A DNA stretch of 64,000 nucleotides from Callorhinchus milii (Eukaryota). The notes under the pieces are model-generated. The model ran no database searches and had not been told where the DNA came from. It saw only the letters and a list, made by a program, of their open reading frames with translations. Location of the stretch: contig NW_024704745.1 of assembly GCF_018977255.1 (NCBI RefSeq), forward strand, positions 28,210,001-28,274,000, in the 5' to 3' direction. Shown in pieces: positions 1 through 10,890 of the stretch. Numbering within the stretch: position 1 is the stretch's first letter; every line of letters begins with the position of its first letter. Made by a program: the position numbers and the translations under genes.

Positions 1-1439
1 CAAAAGGAGCGAACATCAAATGCTGACACTCCTTTAAAAAGCACCAATAAATAACAGTTAATAATAATGTTTCTGTGCACAAATCCTAAGCGTGAGATGA
101 CAAAATAAACTTTAAAGACAATACATTTAATTCTCATGTGAAACAGCATGAGAGATAGTTTAAAGAACTAAAATACAGCATCCATTTATTCTATTATATT
201 TCGTTGAACAATAAACTATTTACTTGTATCCCTCACTGACAACCAGTGTTGTGCTGCATTATGCCTCTTGAAAGTGCTCTTGCTTTGCTGCATGATGGCC
301 ATGAAGGTGTTTAGTAACAATCATGTGGGGTATGTGAGCACTTAGCAATTTGCTGCCTTTCTTCAGTTTTGTGACAGATGGTTTAACACCCCCGCCCCTC
401 ATACACTCACAGCAATGACCTCCCGGCTTAATCAAACCTTTAACACCTCCCCCCCACCCCCCCACTCATCAAGTGGAAACTGGTCCAAGGCAAAAAGTGG
501 ACAAATATGATGGGACAGTGTCATTTCACTAACAAACTGTATTTCAGAGAGTATCATGCTGCCTTGTCCACACGTTGATGTGATCTGAATGTATCCTAAT
601 ACTTGGAAGAGGGAAATCAATAGCTTCACATAAACACAGAGGCAGGAGCTGAGAAGTTGATGTGTCCAGCTTAATGAAGCATCACAATGTGGTATTTTAT
701 AGTTTAATGTGCTTTTTTGTGTATAAAAGAATGGTTTGAAGAATAATTTATGTGTTGAAGCCTTCCAAGCACAGTTTTACTCAGAACCCAGGAAGTTGTT
801 TTTTTGCTGTCTCTGCACATTTCTACCAATAATTGGGTCCAATTTTAATGAAATTTTACCATGGAACATTAACCACTCAAATCCAACTAAAGTCTCGCAT
901 TAAAAACAGTATAGTATACTTTTATTGTCCGTTCAGCTGCAATAACACCTCACTAGGTGAACAAGCTATATGATCCATTCTATTGACACCGATAAACTTA
1001 TTGGGTTGCTTTCAAACATATACCTCAATATCCTTCCTTGAAAATAAGTGACCCATCAATAAAAATAATAATCCTTGCATTTGATATAGCACCTTATCAG
1101 CGAGATGTCTCGAATATACTCTAAAGTGAATTGACTGTATATTTTGGTGAGCGAAACATGTTTTGTTGTTTAAAAATTATTTTTAATTCAATTGTCTAAA
1201 TGATTTACTATTTAATGATTAGCTTATGAGCTGGGCCAATAGAAAAATGCAGCCGCAATTTTTCCACAGAATGCGCTATAAACATCCCTCTCCCTTATAA
1301 GACCGCTATAAAATGAAGTGTCTGGTCCCGGGCTCTCGTGCTGTTTATCCGACACAACTGTGGATGGAGTGGCTCCGGATGCACAGTACGAAGCAAGCGA
1401 GAAATAGGCTTCGCGCCACTCAGGGGACCCGCTGTCGTG

Positions 1440-2035
1440 ATTGTCTGTGTGTGTCTCTCTCTATGTGTTTGTGAGTGTCTCTTTGTGATTGTGTTTCTCT
1501 CCTCTATGTCTTTGTGAGTGTCAGTGTGTCTGTGTCTCTCTTTCTCTCTATGTGCATGTGTGTTTGTGAGTGTCGATGTGTCTCTCTCTTCTGTTTGTAT
1601 ATGTTTGTGAGTGTCTCTGTGTGAGTGTGTCTGTGTCTCTCTCTCGTCTGTATGTATATGTTTGTGAGTGTCGCTGTGTGAGTGTGTCTGTGTCTTTCTC
1701 TCCTCTATATGCATGTCTGTTTGTGAGTGTCTCTGCATGTGTCTATGTCCCTCTCTCTCTCTCTCTCATCTGTATGTACGTGTTTGTGAGTGTCTCTGCG
1801 TGAGTGAATGTGTCTCCTCTGTATGTATGCGTTTGTGAGTTTATATCTGTTCTATATGTGTGGCGTGTGTTTATGAATGTATTTGTCTGAATTTGTATCT
1901 GTATCTCTCTCTCCTCTGTCTGTGTGGATGTCTCTTTGTGTTGATGAGTGTGTATGTGTGCCTCTGTGTCTGTGAATGTGTGTGTGTCTCGGAGTGTGTG
2001 TGTCTCTTTCTCTCTGTGTCTCTGTGTCTGTTTGA
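1440..2035. repeat. Degenerate (TG)/(TC) low-complexity minisatellite
   Basis: Recurrent units such as gtgtttgtgagtgtctctg / tgtctctctctc. Confidence 0.9.
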
Positions 2036-2239
2036 AGTCCAGGCCCTGAGAGGCACGAGATAGTGAGCTCCTGTAGCCCCGCAGTCAGGACACTCATCCT
2101 GAGTGTCCATTTTTTTGATGGATCTCTAGGCCCTTTGGATCTTTGCTGGTATCTCCACCCACTACACCACTACCCCATCACACCACTCCCCCACCCCCAA
2201 ATGGATCACCAAGTTTTTGTTAAAGAAGACTTTTTTTGC

Positions 2240-2742
2240 AACAATCTAATTGTCCCACCAGCTTCACTTGCACAGGATTCAGCTGATCCAAAATTCCACT
2301 GTTTGCACACTCACCCATAATAAACTCTGCATCCCCATCACACCAGTTCTAGCCAAACTCCTCTAGTTCCCCATCACTGAACGTATTGATTTCAAGTTAC
2401 TCACACTTGTTTGCAAATCTCCTGCAGGCTTTGGTACCTCCCTACCTCCCCGATCTGCTTGGCCTCCAAACCTCAACCTGTTGCATGTCTCTCGTGCCCT
2501 CCGTTCCTACCATTGATGGCTGCGCTTTCAGTCACTATGCCCCGAAACTCAGAAAAACTCTTCCTCGATCCCTCGGCCTTCCTTCCCCAACTTCAAGTCG
2601 TGCCTGAAGACTTTCCTATTCGACTATACCTAAGATGAACTACCCCCTCCCCGCAACTCGGAATAATGCTCCATCACTGTCAAGTGCTCTGGGATGCTAC
2701 CCTGTGTGAGGAGCACTATATAAATGCAAGTTGTTGTTGTTG
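2240..2742 (+). mobile_element. L2 LINE 3' fragment
   Basis: Degenerate L2 ORF2 C-terminus (IQLIQN, HITPVLA, IDFK-like) and 3' tail ctatataaatgcaag(ttg)n. Confidence 0.8.
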
Positions 2743-3065
2743 TAATATGTGTTATTTCCAAATGTTTGGTTTTTAACCAATGAAGTGAAAAAATGTAGAT
2801 TAACAGTAAAATGTAACCTCAGTAGCACCAACCAACCCCCGCAATTTTCCGCGAGCCCATCGGATTTCCCCGCAAATTTGGGGTAAATATTTCCGCACTT
2901 TTCTATTGGCCCAGCTCATGAGCTTTCACACTTGTTTCTTGAAAACCAAACGATTTGCAAAATGTGTGGCACAAACAGGAAAAAAAAAACTTGGGGAACG
3001 GAAGTGTCAGAAGTGCTTTGTTGAATTGTATGTTTGGCAAAGTTTAGCACAAGCTCTTGCCTCCT

Positions 3066-3383
3066 TAATAATAATCCTTGCATTTGATATAGCGCTTTTC
3101 ACGTCGGGAGGACGTCCCAAAGCGCTTCACAGAGCACACTGTAAAGTGAATTGACTGCATATTTGTGGGCGAACGCGGCAGCCAATTGTGCACAGCAATG
3201 TCCCACAAACAGTCGTAGATTGAAAATGACCAATTTATTATTGTTTTTGGTTTTGGAGGGATTATTATTAGGCGTGTGGAGTAAGGAAACTTGCCCAAGG
3301 TTTCGCCCTGATCTGCCTGGAATTGAACTCAGGTGTCTCACTTGCAAAGCGAGTGCTCTAACCACTGAGCTGCAGGACTCCAC
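3066..3383 (-). mobile_element. Full-length tRNA(Ala)-derived Deu-type SINE
   Basis: Minus-strand head GTGGAGTCCTGCAGCTCAGTGGTTAGAGC (A box), anticodon-like arm CTCGC-TTTGCAA-GTGAG, B box GAGTTCAATTCC, Deu-like core, L2-like tail and (TTA)n. Many copies in the window. Confidence 0.9.
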
Positions 3384-3694
3384 AAATGTCTGCTCTTTGC
3401 CAGCAAATGGATCCAGACCGCGATGATTGTGAAACACATTTTATTTGGGCAAAAGGGGGACTTGACATTTGTGTCGCTTCAACGTGTCTGTGGATCACGA
3501 CGGTTTGAGGGGAGACAGTAAAACACAAAGATAAGAGGAATTCGACGTGTCAACAAACTTGCCGCAGCAAATTAAAAAAACCACACACACACACACATTT
3601 GGTACTTTAATAATACACCAGAGAGTTTGTCGGCTCGCGGGGAAGCCTGGTACAGATGGTGCAAACCCCCCCCCCCACCACCACCGTTTGGTCA

Positions 3695-3745
3695 GTGGGA
3701 TTGGCCAGGACTTGGGCTTATTTGCATGGAATCCACAATAAAGCT
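3695..3745 (+). promoter_or_regulatory. Candidate core promoter of the protocadherin
   Basis: Inverted CCAAT (ATTGG 3700-3704), octamer ATTTGCAT (3720-3727) and TATA-like AATAAAG (3737-3743), in plausible order ~400 bp upstream of the ATG. Confidence 0.45.
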
Positions 3746-3816
3746 GCAATGAGGCGCTGACTGCAGCCACAGGAGACCAGAGGGTCACTGACTGACTGAC
3801 TGACTCACTGACTCAC

Positions 3817-4009
3817 NNNNNNNNNNNNNNNNNNNNNNNNNNNNNNNNNNNNNNNNNNNNNNNNNNNNNNNNNNNNNNNNNNNNNNNNNNNNNNNNNNNN
3901 NNNNNNNNNNNNNNNNNNNNNNNNNNNNNNNNNNNNNNNNNNNNNNNNNNNNNNNNNNNNNNNNNNNNNNNNNNNNNNNNNNNNNNNNNNNNNNNNNNNN
4001 NNNNNNNNN
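3817..4009. other. Assembly gap (193 N) in the presumed 5' UTR
   Basis: Run of N flanked by an (ACTG)n microsatellite on the left. Confidence 0.99.
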
Positions 4010-6250
4010 CATTATCCACTGCCCCTCGACTTCACATCGCCACCACTTCAAAAGGTGTTCCCCCCCCACACCCCACACCCCACACCCCACACTCTCTCTC
4101 TCTCTGTCTCTGTCTCTCGGGGGCGGTGCAAATGCTGTACGGAAGCCCCCCCCCCGGGTGTGTGCTCCTGCCCCGCTGCCCCGCTCCGGGCTCCGCTCCC
4201 TGTTGCTGCTCCTGTCCGTCGTGTCCGCCGCCGACGGCAAAACCTTCAGGTACTCGATCTACGAGGAGGAGGTCCCGGGCACTGTGATCGGAAACTTGGC
4301 CGAAGACGCGCAGATAACCGCAGCCGATGATGATCTGCGGAGCAGTTTCCGACCGATGCAGAAGCTCAACGCGTCTTTGATCCAAGTGGGAGAGAGTGCG
4401 GGCGACCTGACCATCGGGGGCCGTATCGACCGGGAGCAGATCTGTCGGGACACGTCGCCCTGTCTGATCGCTTTCGATGTGGTCAACTTTTCCAGAGAGA
4501 CCTTTAAACTGCTCCACGTGGAGGTCGAGGTCAGAGACATCAACGACAACGCGCCCGAGTTCCCCAACTCCGAGATGTCGGTGCAGATCTCCGAGAGCTC
4601 AGCGCTCGGGACCCGAATCCCTCTCGAGGTCGCGGTCGACGCCGATGTCGGCGACAATTATCTGCAAAACTACGCCATTTCTGCCAACAGCCACTTCAGC
4701 CTCGAGATGCAAACCCGGAGCGATGGCGTCAAGTGCGCCGACCTGGTGCTGGTCCAAGCCCTCGACCGGGAAAGTCAGGCTCACCTGACACTAGAGCTGT
4801 CCGCACAGGACGGGGGCCATCCCCCTGAGGTGGGAAGAGCTAAGGTCCAGGTCGAGGTTCTGGACTGGAACGACAACAGCCCCGAGTTTGTGCAGAAGTC
4901 CTTCCTGGTGGAGCTCCATGAAGATGCTCCGGTGGGTTTCCTGCTGCTGCACCTGGAGGCCGTGGACCCTGACCAGGGGCTGAACGGACAGGTGGTCTAT
5001 GGCTTCAGCCCTCACCTCTCGCCTGAGGTTCGACAACTCTTTCGAGTCGATGCCAAGTCTGGCCGTTTGACCCTGGAGGGGGCCGTCGACTACGAAAGCA
5101 GAAAAACGTACGAGTTGGATGTTCAAGGTCGCGATCTGGGTCCCAACTCCATCCCCGCCAACTGCAAGGTCACCGTCAACATCCTGGACGTGAACGACAA
5201 CGCCCCGGAGATCGCCATCACCCCCATGACCTCCGTCAGCTCCGGAGTCGCCTACATCACCGAGGCCGCCGCCAAAGACAGCTTCGTGGCTCTGATCGGC
5301 ACCTCGGACAGCGACTCGGGCTCCAACGGCCAAGTGTCTTGTACTCTGTACGGACACGATCACTTCAAGCTGCAGCAAGCGTATGCCGACAGCTACATGA
5401 TCGTCACCACGGCGGCTCTGGACCGCGAGAGGATCGGGGAATATAACCTGACTGTGGTGGCCGAGGACCTGGGCTCCCCTCCCTACAAGAGCATCAGGCA
5501 GTACACCATCCGCCTGAGCGACGTGAACGACAACGCCCCCTCTTTCTCCAAAGCCATCTACCAAGTGTCCGTCCTGGAGAACAACGCGCCGGGGGCTTAC
5601 ATCACCACCGTGGTGGCCCGCGATCCCGATCTGGGTGCCAACGGGCAGGTCGGGTACCGTCTGGTGGACACGCAGGTCCTGGGGACCCCCGTCTCCGCTC
5701 TGGTGTCTGTGGACCCGACCACTGGGGCCATCTATGCGCTGCGCTCGCTGGACCGGGAGCGGCTGGAGGAGTTGGAGCTGCGGATGGAGGCGAGTGACGG
5801 CGGCTCCCCACAGCTCAGCAGTTCAGCGCTCATCCAGCTGAGGGTCGCCGATCAGAACGATAACGCTCCTGTCGTCACCCACCCCGTCCCTAGCAACCGC
5901 TCTGCGACAGTGCTGCTGCCTAGCAACGCACCATCCGGTTACCTGGCAACACGCATCCGCGCTCGGGACGCTGACGAGGGGCTGAATTCTCAGCTGACGT
6001 ACGGACTCCTGCGGGGGAGCCCCCGGGGCTCTTCACTGCCAACAGCGTGACCGGGGAGATCTTCCTCAACAGACTCCTCAGCAAAGACAGGCCGCCCGCC
6101 CTCAAGATCATCGTGGCTGTTCACGACAACGGCCGACCATCGCTGTCCTCCACAGTCACCGTCAGCTTTGTTGTGAGGCCACCAGCACCTCCCGGCAGCC
6201 AAGAGCTTGTCATCCGCAGCTCTGCCCAAACACAGCGGCCCTGGGACATC
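4010..6250. promoter_or_regulatory. CpG-island-like GC-rich domain over exon 1
   Basis: Visibly high G+C and abundant CG dinucleotides compared with the AT-rich, CpG-poor rest of the window (not computed). Confidence 0.75.
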
Positions 6251-6610
6251 TCCTCCATCATCATCATGTTCCTCGGTGGAGGCTGTGTTGTGTTAATGAT
6301 GGCAATTATTGGAGTGTCGGCGACTTGCCATAAAAGTACTAAGGCAGGCAAACATAGTGACAGTTCATTTGGGACTAAATGTCACATTTCTCAGCTAGAA
6401 GCAAGAAGAAACCAAGATGACAGGCTGATGAAAATCAGTGAGCCAGATCAACTGAAAATTGTTGACATGCAGCCAAATTCATCTTCTGAATTTTCTTTGA
6501 CAAATGAATCGGAAGATTGTGAAAGTGCAGGAGTTGTAGGATCAATAGAGGGGGAAGAGGGTGTTTGTCTACTGGAAGCAGATCATAAAGTCCCAAGCTA
6601 TAATGTGGAG
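4132..6610 (+). CDS. pcdh8: Protocadherin-8-like / paraxial protocadherin (PAPC), exon 1: signal peptide, 6 cadherin repeats, TM helix, start of cytoplasmic tail; two apparent 1-bp frameshifts
   Basis: ORFs 4158-6050 and 6047-6790 contain a hydrophobic signal (LLLLLSVVSAADG) and KTFRYSIYEEEVPGTVIG. They have DRE motifs, five DxNDN-P linkers (hence 6 EC domains) and a TM segment (IIIMFLGGGCVVLMMAIIGV). ATG 4132 joins the frame if one C is added to the C10 run at 4146-4155. EC6 is restored by adding one G to the G5 run at 6013-6017. Donor GAG|gtaatt at 6611, phase 0. Confidence 0.9.
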
Positions 6611-7825
6611 GTAATTAGAACTTATACAATACCATCGCAATTTAAAAAGTTTAACATTGAATTATACTATCCTTGTATTGAGTTTGTCATGTATTGTCAC
6701 AAACAGGCATTTCAATCAATAATTTGTGCAATGATGCAACAAAGTGTGGTTACAGAGTTTACTGTACATTTTTTGTTGGTGCTGCAATAATTCTATAAGG
6801 TATGGAACAATATATTTTGCTAGTCAGCATTTTATACTCGTTTGTTTTTATATTATAAAGAGTTGACTTTTCCCTTTGCGTGGCTTCAGAGGCATATTAC
6901 TTTCCGCAGATAGTAAGTCCTTGATCGGTTAAAGTGTAGTCATATTTGAGAAGGAAAGAATACAGTGGAGCATGTTCATCATAGTGATGTCAGAACCAAG
7001 CAAAGCTTTGATGTTTTCATATAGTAATGACATTTATCATCACCAACTGCAGTATTATGTGTTTAGAAAACAGTGGTGGAAACACTTCTCCTTCACTTTT
7101 GTAATACAACAGTGTCACTCTTTTAAGTGTATCTTTCTAAATGAATCATTCTGACATTCTCTTTACTGCCTTCAGTTCATCTGTAAAATGTGTGTTCCCT
7201 GAGCTCTCAGTCTAAAACTACCATATTGTGAACGCAATATAGCATGTTTCAAAGTAGATTAGTCTTTGTACTAATGTGGAAAGCCCATTAAGGACAGAAA
7301 TACATTGTATTACAAAGGAAAAGGGTCTATTGGTAATCAACAGGTGCTATTCCTTTTCATCCCTGCACAATGAAGGATTCATATCTATTTTGTATATAAT
7401 AATCTGAACTCACAAATTGGTCAATAAGAACAACATCCATTGAAGGAAACAGCATTTTTGCTCACACTGTGCACAACATTTTTTGTATGAATCATAAATA
7501 AGGTGTTGAAAAATATTTCGGCAGTGCACAGGTGCCAAATGATGCAAAGTTGGGCAGTCTCCTATGTGATTACTGATCTGTGCACAGCACGAATATATTT
7601 TTGGAACATCGTGAATTTGTTCATTATTTGCATTATCTGCATGGGATTAGTCATTTGTATTTGATCTTCGGTACTATAACTGGGATTTTATATTAATAGG
7701 AAATTTCTTACCCCAAATTAACTTGATTAATTAATCTTGAATAAATTAATCTTGAGTATATATAATTTAGTGCTATGCTATGCTGTTCAGTTTCTTCGTT
7801 CTAAGTATTTTCTTTTTTCTTTCAG

Positions 7826-7893
7826 AGCTTTTTACCAGAATCTGCTCTTAATCATGGAACTTTCCTTGAAGTTGCTGTCCAACAAGGCAGAGG
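7826..7893 (+). CDS. pcdh8: PAPC/pcdh8-like exon 2 (68 bp, SFLPESALNHGTFLEVAVQQGR)
   Basis: Polypyrimidine tract plus ttcag acceptor, open frame, and GG|gtgagt donor. Phase 0 in and phase 2 out exactly join exon 1 to exon 3. Confidence 0.8.
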
Positions 7894-8075
7894 GTGAGTG
7901 ACAATTTTTGCAGTCATACTTTGTGTTTGGATTTAAATCTAAATCATAGTCATCAAAGTCAAAACTGCAATTTTTAAACATTGTTCCCTGGTTTGTTAAT
8001 AGCATGCAAGCTTTTATTATTACAATTCATTTTTCTGTATAAAATAAGTATGTTTATTTTTTCCCATTTCAACAG

Positions 8076-8212
8076 CTTTCTAGATCCAGTTCAAGATGGA
8101 TTTAGTGGAAAGGACAGCGGTAAAGGGGACAGTGACTTCAATGACAGTGATTCTGATATAAGTGGCGATGGAATAAGAAAAGGAAACATGTCAATGGAAC
8201 AAAGACAGAATG
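8076..8212 (+). CDS. pcdh8: PAPC/pcdh8-like exon 3 with the delta-protocadherin CM1 motif
   Basis: Acceptor tttcaacag. Encodes [32 protein letters not shown] (CM1). Donor G|gtaaca, phase 1. Confidence 0.92.
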
Positions 8213-8511
8213 GTAACATAACATAATGTATTATCAAACATACACTGCCTTAAGAATGCAACTCCCATGCTTTAGTTTACTTGAAATTAGTTATATTAAT
8301 GTACAATTTGAAATGGAGATTTTTTAATGAAAATAATCAACCCAAACCTTGAAAAGCATACATTGTATTAGCTAAATGTGTTAATTTGTAGGTTTATTTG
8401 TGAATGATATGTTTTTGCAGATATAAATTCAAAGCAGCATTCTTAATAGAATACCAGTTATGATTAACATTTGAAGCCGCAAGTAATTTGTATTTTTCTT
8501 TTCCATTTTAG

Positions 8512-8939
8512 GTCTATTACCTTGTCTTAAGGAAAACCAAACTCTTGGTTCTCATCCAGAACCATATTACAGGCTAGCCGCTCAGGCAACAGATATTAGT
8601 AAACTCTCTCCCCAGTTTAAACAGAGCTATATGATTGCTTATTCAACAGTACCTGCTACCTTCCTGCACTCTACATGTGGCAAAACCACTTCACTTCCTC
8701 AAGATCATCCATTGAATTACACATGTCAATATGGACACTTACCAAAATCAGGAGCACTGCAGATTTCTCAAAGAGTTTTTCCCAGAGAATCTGGAAGAAC
8801 AATGATTTTTCCCCATCCACCAGAAGTGAGACACAATGAAGTGACTGAAATTAGTTCGTCTGTACATATTGTCCCAGGATCTAGATGTCACCAGAACTAT
8901 GTGAACAGAACAATCTCAGAGGTGGCTACTTCTTTTTGA
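8512..8939 (+). CDS. pcdh8: PAPC/pcdh8-like terminal coding exon
   Basis: Acceptor ttttccattttag and phase compatible with exon 3. In frame with ORF 8631-8939 and ends ISEVATSF-stop, resembling the PAPC C-terminus (SEIATTF-like, recalled). Confidence 0.88.
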
Positions 8940-9229
8940 TTGATGAAGGAATGACAATCCTTTTATCCATTTATTTTTTCGCCGAAGATTCAGTTTCAGA
9001 ACCATTAACCGCCATGTGCAATATAATTCATTATGCAAATTTGATATGCCGCGATATTTTAAAAACTAAGACCTGGGAAAACTCCAGTGTAAATTTTTCT
9101 GTAATGTTTTCCAGATTTGACTCACTTAAGTGATCAGTTTCAAATTAAGTTAAACAGATCTATTTTAATGTACACAGTACAAACTATGAAATACAATAAC
9201 TTTTATATTAGCGATGAATACATTTAACA

Positions 9230-9235
9230 AATAAA
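9230..9235 (+). terminator. Candidate proximal polyadenylation signal
   Basis: AATAAA ~290 nt after the stop codon. Confidence 0.3.
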
Positions 9236-10280
9236 GGGGAAAATTCTAGTAGTAAACATGATACACTATTTGTGATCTGTGGATGACTACTGTAACTCAT
9301 AACCAGATTAAAAAATCAGCAAATGATAAACAAAATGGAAGAATCAGGTTAGTTATTTCACTTGATAATCTACTTAACCTGATATTGTATTTGAATTCGT
9401 ATGGTCAAGTACTTCTATTTTAATTGTTTAGAGGAAAAATATAATTTGGATAACCAAATTGTCTGATGATAGAGAAGGTATCACATTCTGTTCAATTTAA
9501 TGACCTGTAGCCAATTAGTACAGTTTATTGTGCCTATGTCAGTATATTTACCAAAGTTTAGTGATGTGTGCCAATAATGGGAGGATAATATTCAATCACT
9601 GCTTTAGGTCAGAGTGTAATCTCCCATGTAAGATGAGTAATGTATTTCTAAATTGTAACAAGTCACAAAAAGCCATTCAAAAATTAGCAGAAATCAGAAG
9701 CTCAGTGTGGTACCTAGTTCATGTTCCAGTGTTGTATCTTAGATTGGATGTGGGGTGATTCACAATCAGGCTTGGTCATACTGTGGATTCTGAATCTCAG
9801 ACCTATAAGTGCAATACAAAGCAGACATTATCTTTTGCTCCATAAAGGAGAGAATATTGGAATTCAATCCAAAAACACATTCTATTGTTTCACACTTCCT
9901 GGTGATTACTGTAGGTCTAATATTTTCTGTTTCTGTCACAAAGTAGGACACGGACCAAAATAGTGGGAAAAATAAGTTAAATATTAAAAATATGGGCACA
10001 TTTGATTTTCACTTGAGACTGATATCACAGGTGTAGAGCCATTATAGATGGATACAAAATGAACAGAGATTTGCTACAGAAACAGTTCATCAAATTTCTT
10101 TTGAAGACTTAATTTGTGTCAGATTATACATAAATTTTACTCTTTGATGAGTTTATTTATGGTACCATTTAAGGTTGTAAATTTTCATCAACTTTTTGGG
10201 TGGGGAAGGGATGGAGTCATGGGCATTTACTTTTTGTCTCAATCTGTATTATTCTGTTGTTTTAACACTGTGAGTCTTGT

Positions 10281-10286
10281 TTGTTG
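10281..10286 (+). terminator. Candidate distal polyadenylation signal
   Basis: ATTAAA followed by T/GT-rich sequence, just before repeats resume at ~10400. Confidence 0.35.
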
Positions 10287-10394
10287 ATATAAATGTATCG
10301 ATTAAAGCTATTCTTTCATGATGTACTGGTCATTATGTTTTTGACATTGAAGTGTTTTGATAGTTTAGCTTCCATTTTAGTTTTGTTTTTAGTA

Positions 10395-10890
10395 AAATAA
10401 CATTTTACATTTATATAGCACCTTTCAAGTCAGGAGGATGTCTCAAAATGCTTCACACAGCTCAGCGGGAGCCTCAGCTGGGGTGGGGACAGCTGAAGAG
10501 GGGAGGAATGGGATGGGAGGAAGGAAAGTGTGGTTGAAATGATAGGTCTTAAAGTGGGCTTTAAAGTTGGGGGTGGGGGGAGATGGAGAGACTCCAAGAT
10601 GGAATTCCAGAGATCTGGGTAGAATGGCTAAAAGTCATTCGATGGTGGGACAGAATAAGCAGGGGATATGAAGCAGGTTGGAGTTTGCTGAGTGGAGGGA
10701 GGCTGTAGGTTTGCAGAAAGTCATAGAGGCATGGGAGCCAACAACTTGGAAACGTTTGAATTTGAGGACGAGGATTTTGAATTCAATCTGCTGAGGGATG
10801 GGGAGCCAGTGGAGCTGAGCAAGGAATGGGTAATAGGTTCAAGCCTGGTATGGGAGAGGACACGGACTGTAGAGCTATGGATGAGCAGAG
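10395..10890 (-). mobile_element. L2 LINE 3' fragment
   Basis: Reverse complement resembles the other L2 copies (LHWLP..RIEFKILVL-like coding, same tail). Confidence 0.75.

Larger units (their letters stand above)
1221..2924. mobile_element. Putative non-autonomous DNA element bounded by 30-bp inverted repeats, with a nested L2 fragment
   Basis: 1221-1250 AGCTTATGAGCTGGGCCAATAGAAAAATGC matches the reverse complement of 2895-2924 at 28/30. No clear TSD. Confidence 0.5.

Noticed and set aside
1295-2110. His/Thr/Arg- and Cys/Val-rich ORFs
   Set aside because: They are translations of the TG/TC low-complexity repeat.
3310-3383. tRNA-Ala-like sequence, also at other SINE heads
   Set aside because: It is part of a SINE. 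The acceptor stem is not intact and it continues into the SINE body, so it is not a tRNA gene.
4032-5841. Long antisense and alternate-frame ORFs (e.g. 4791-5564, 257 aa)
   Set aside because: They are shadow ORFs expected opposite a GC3-rich coding exon and have no recognisable motifs.
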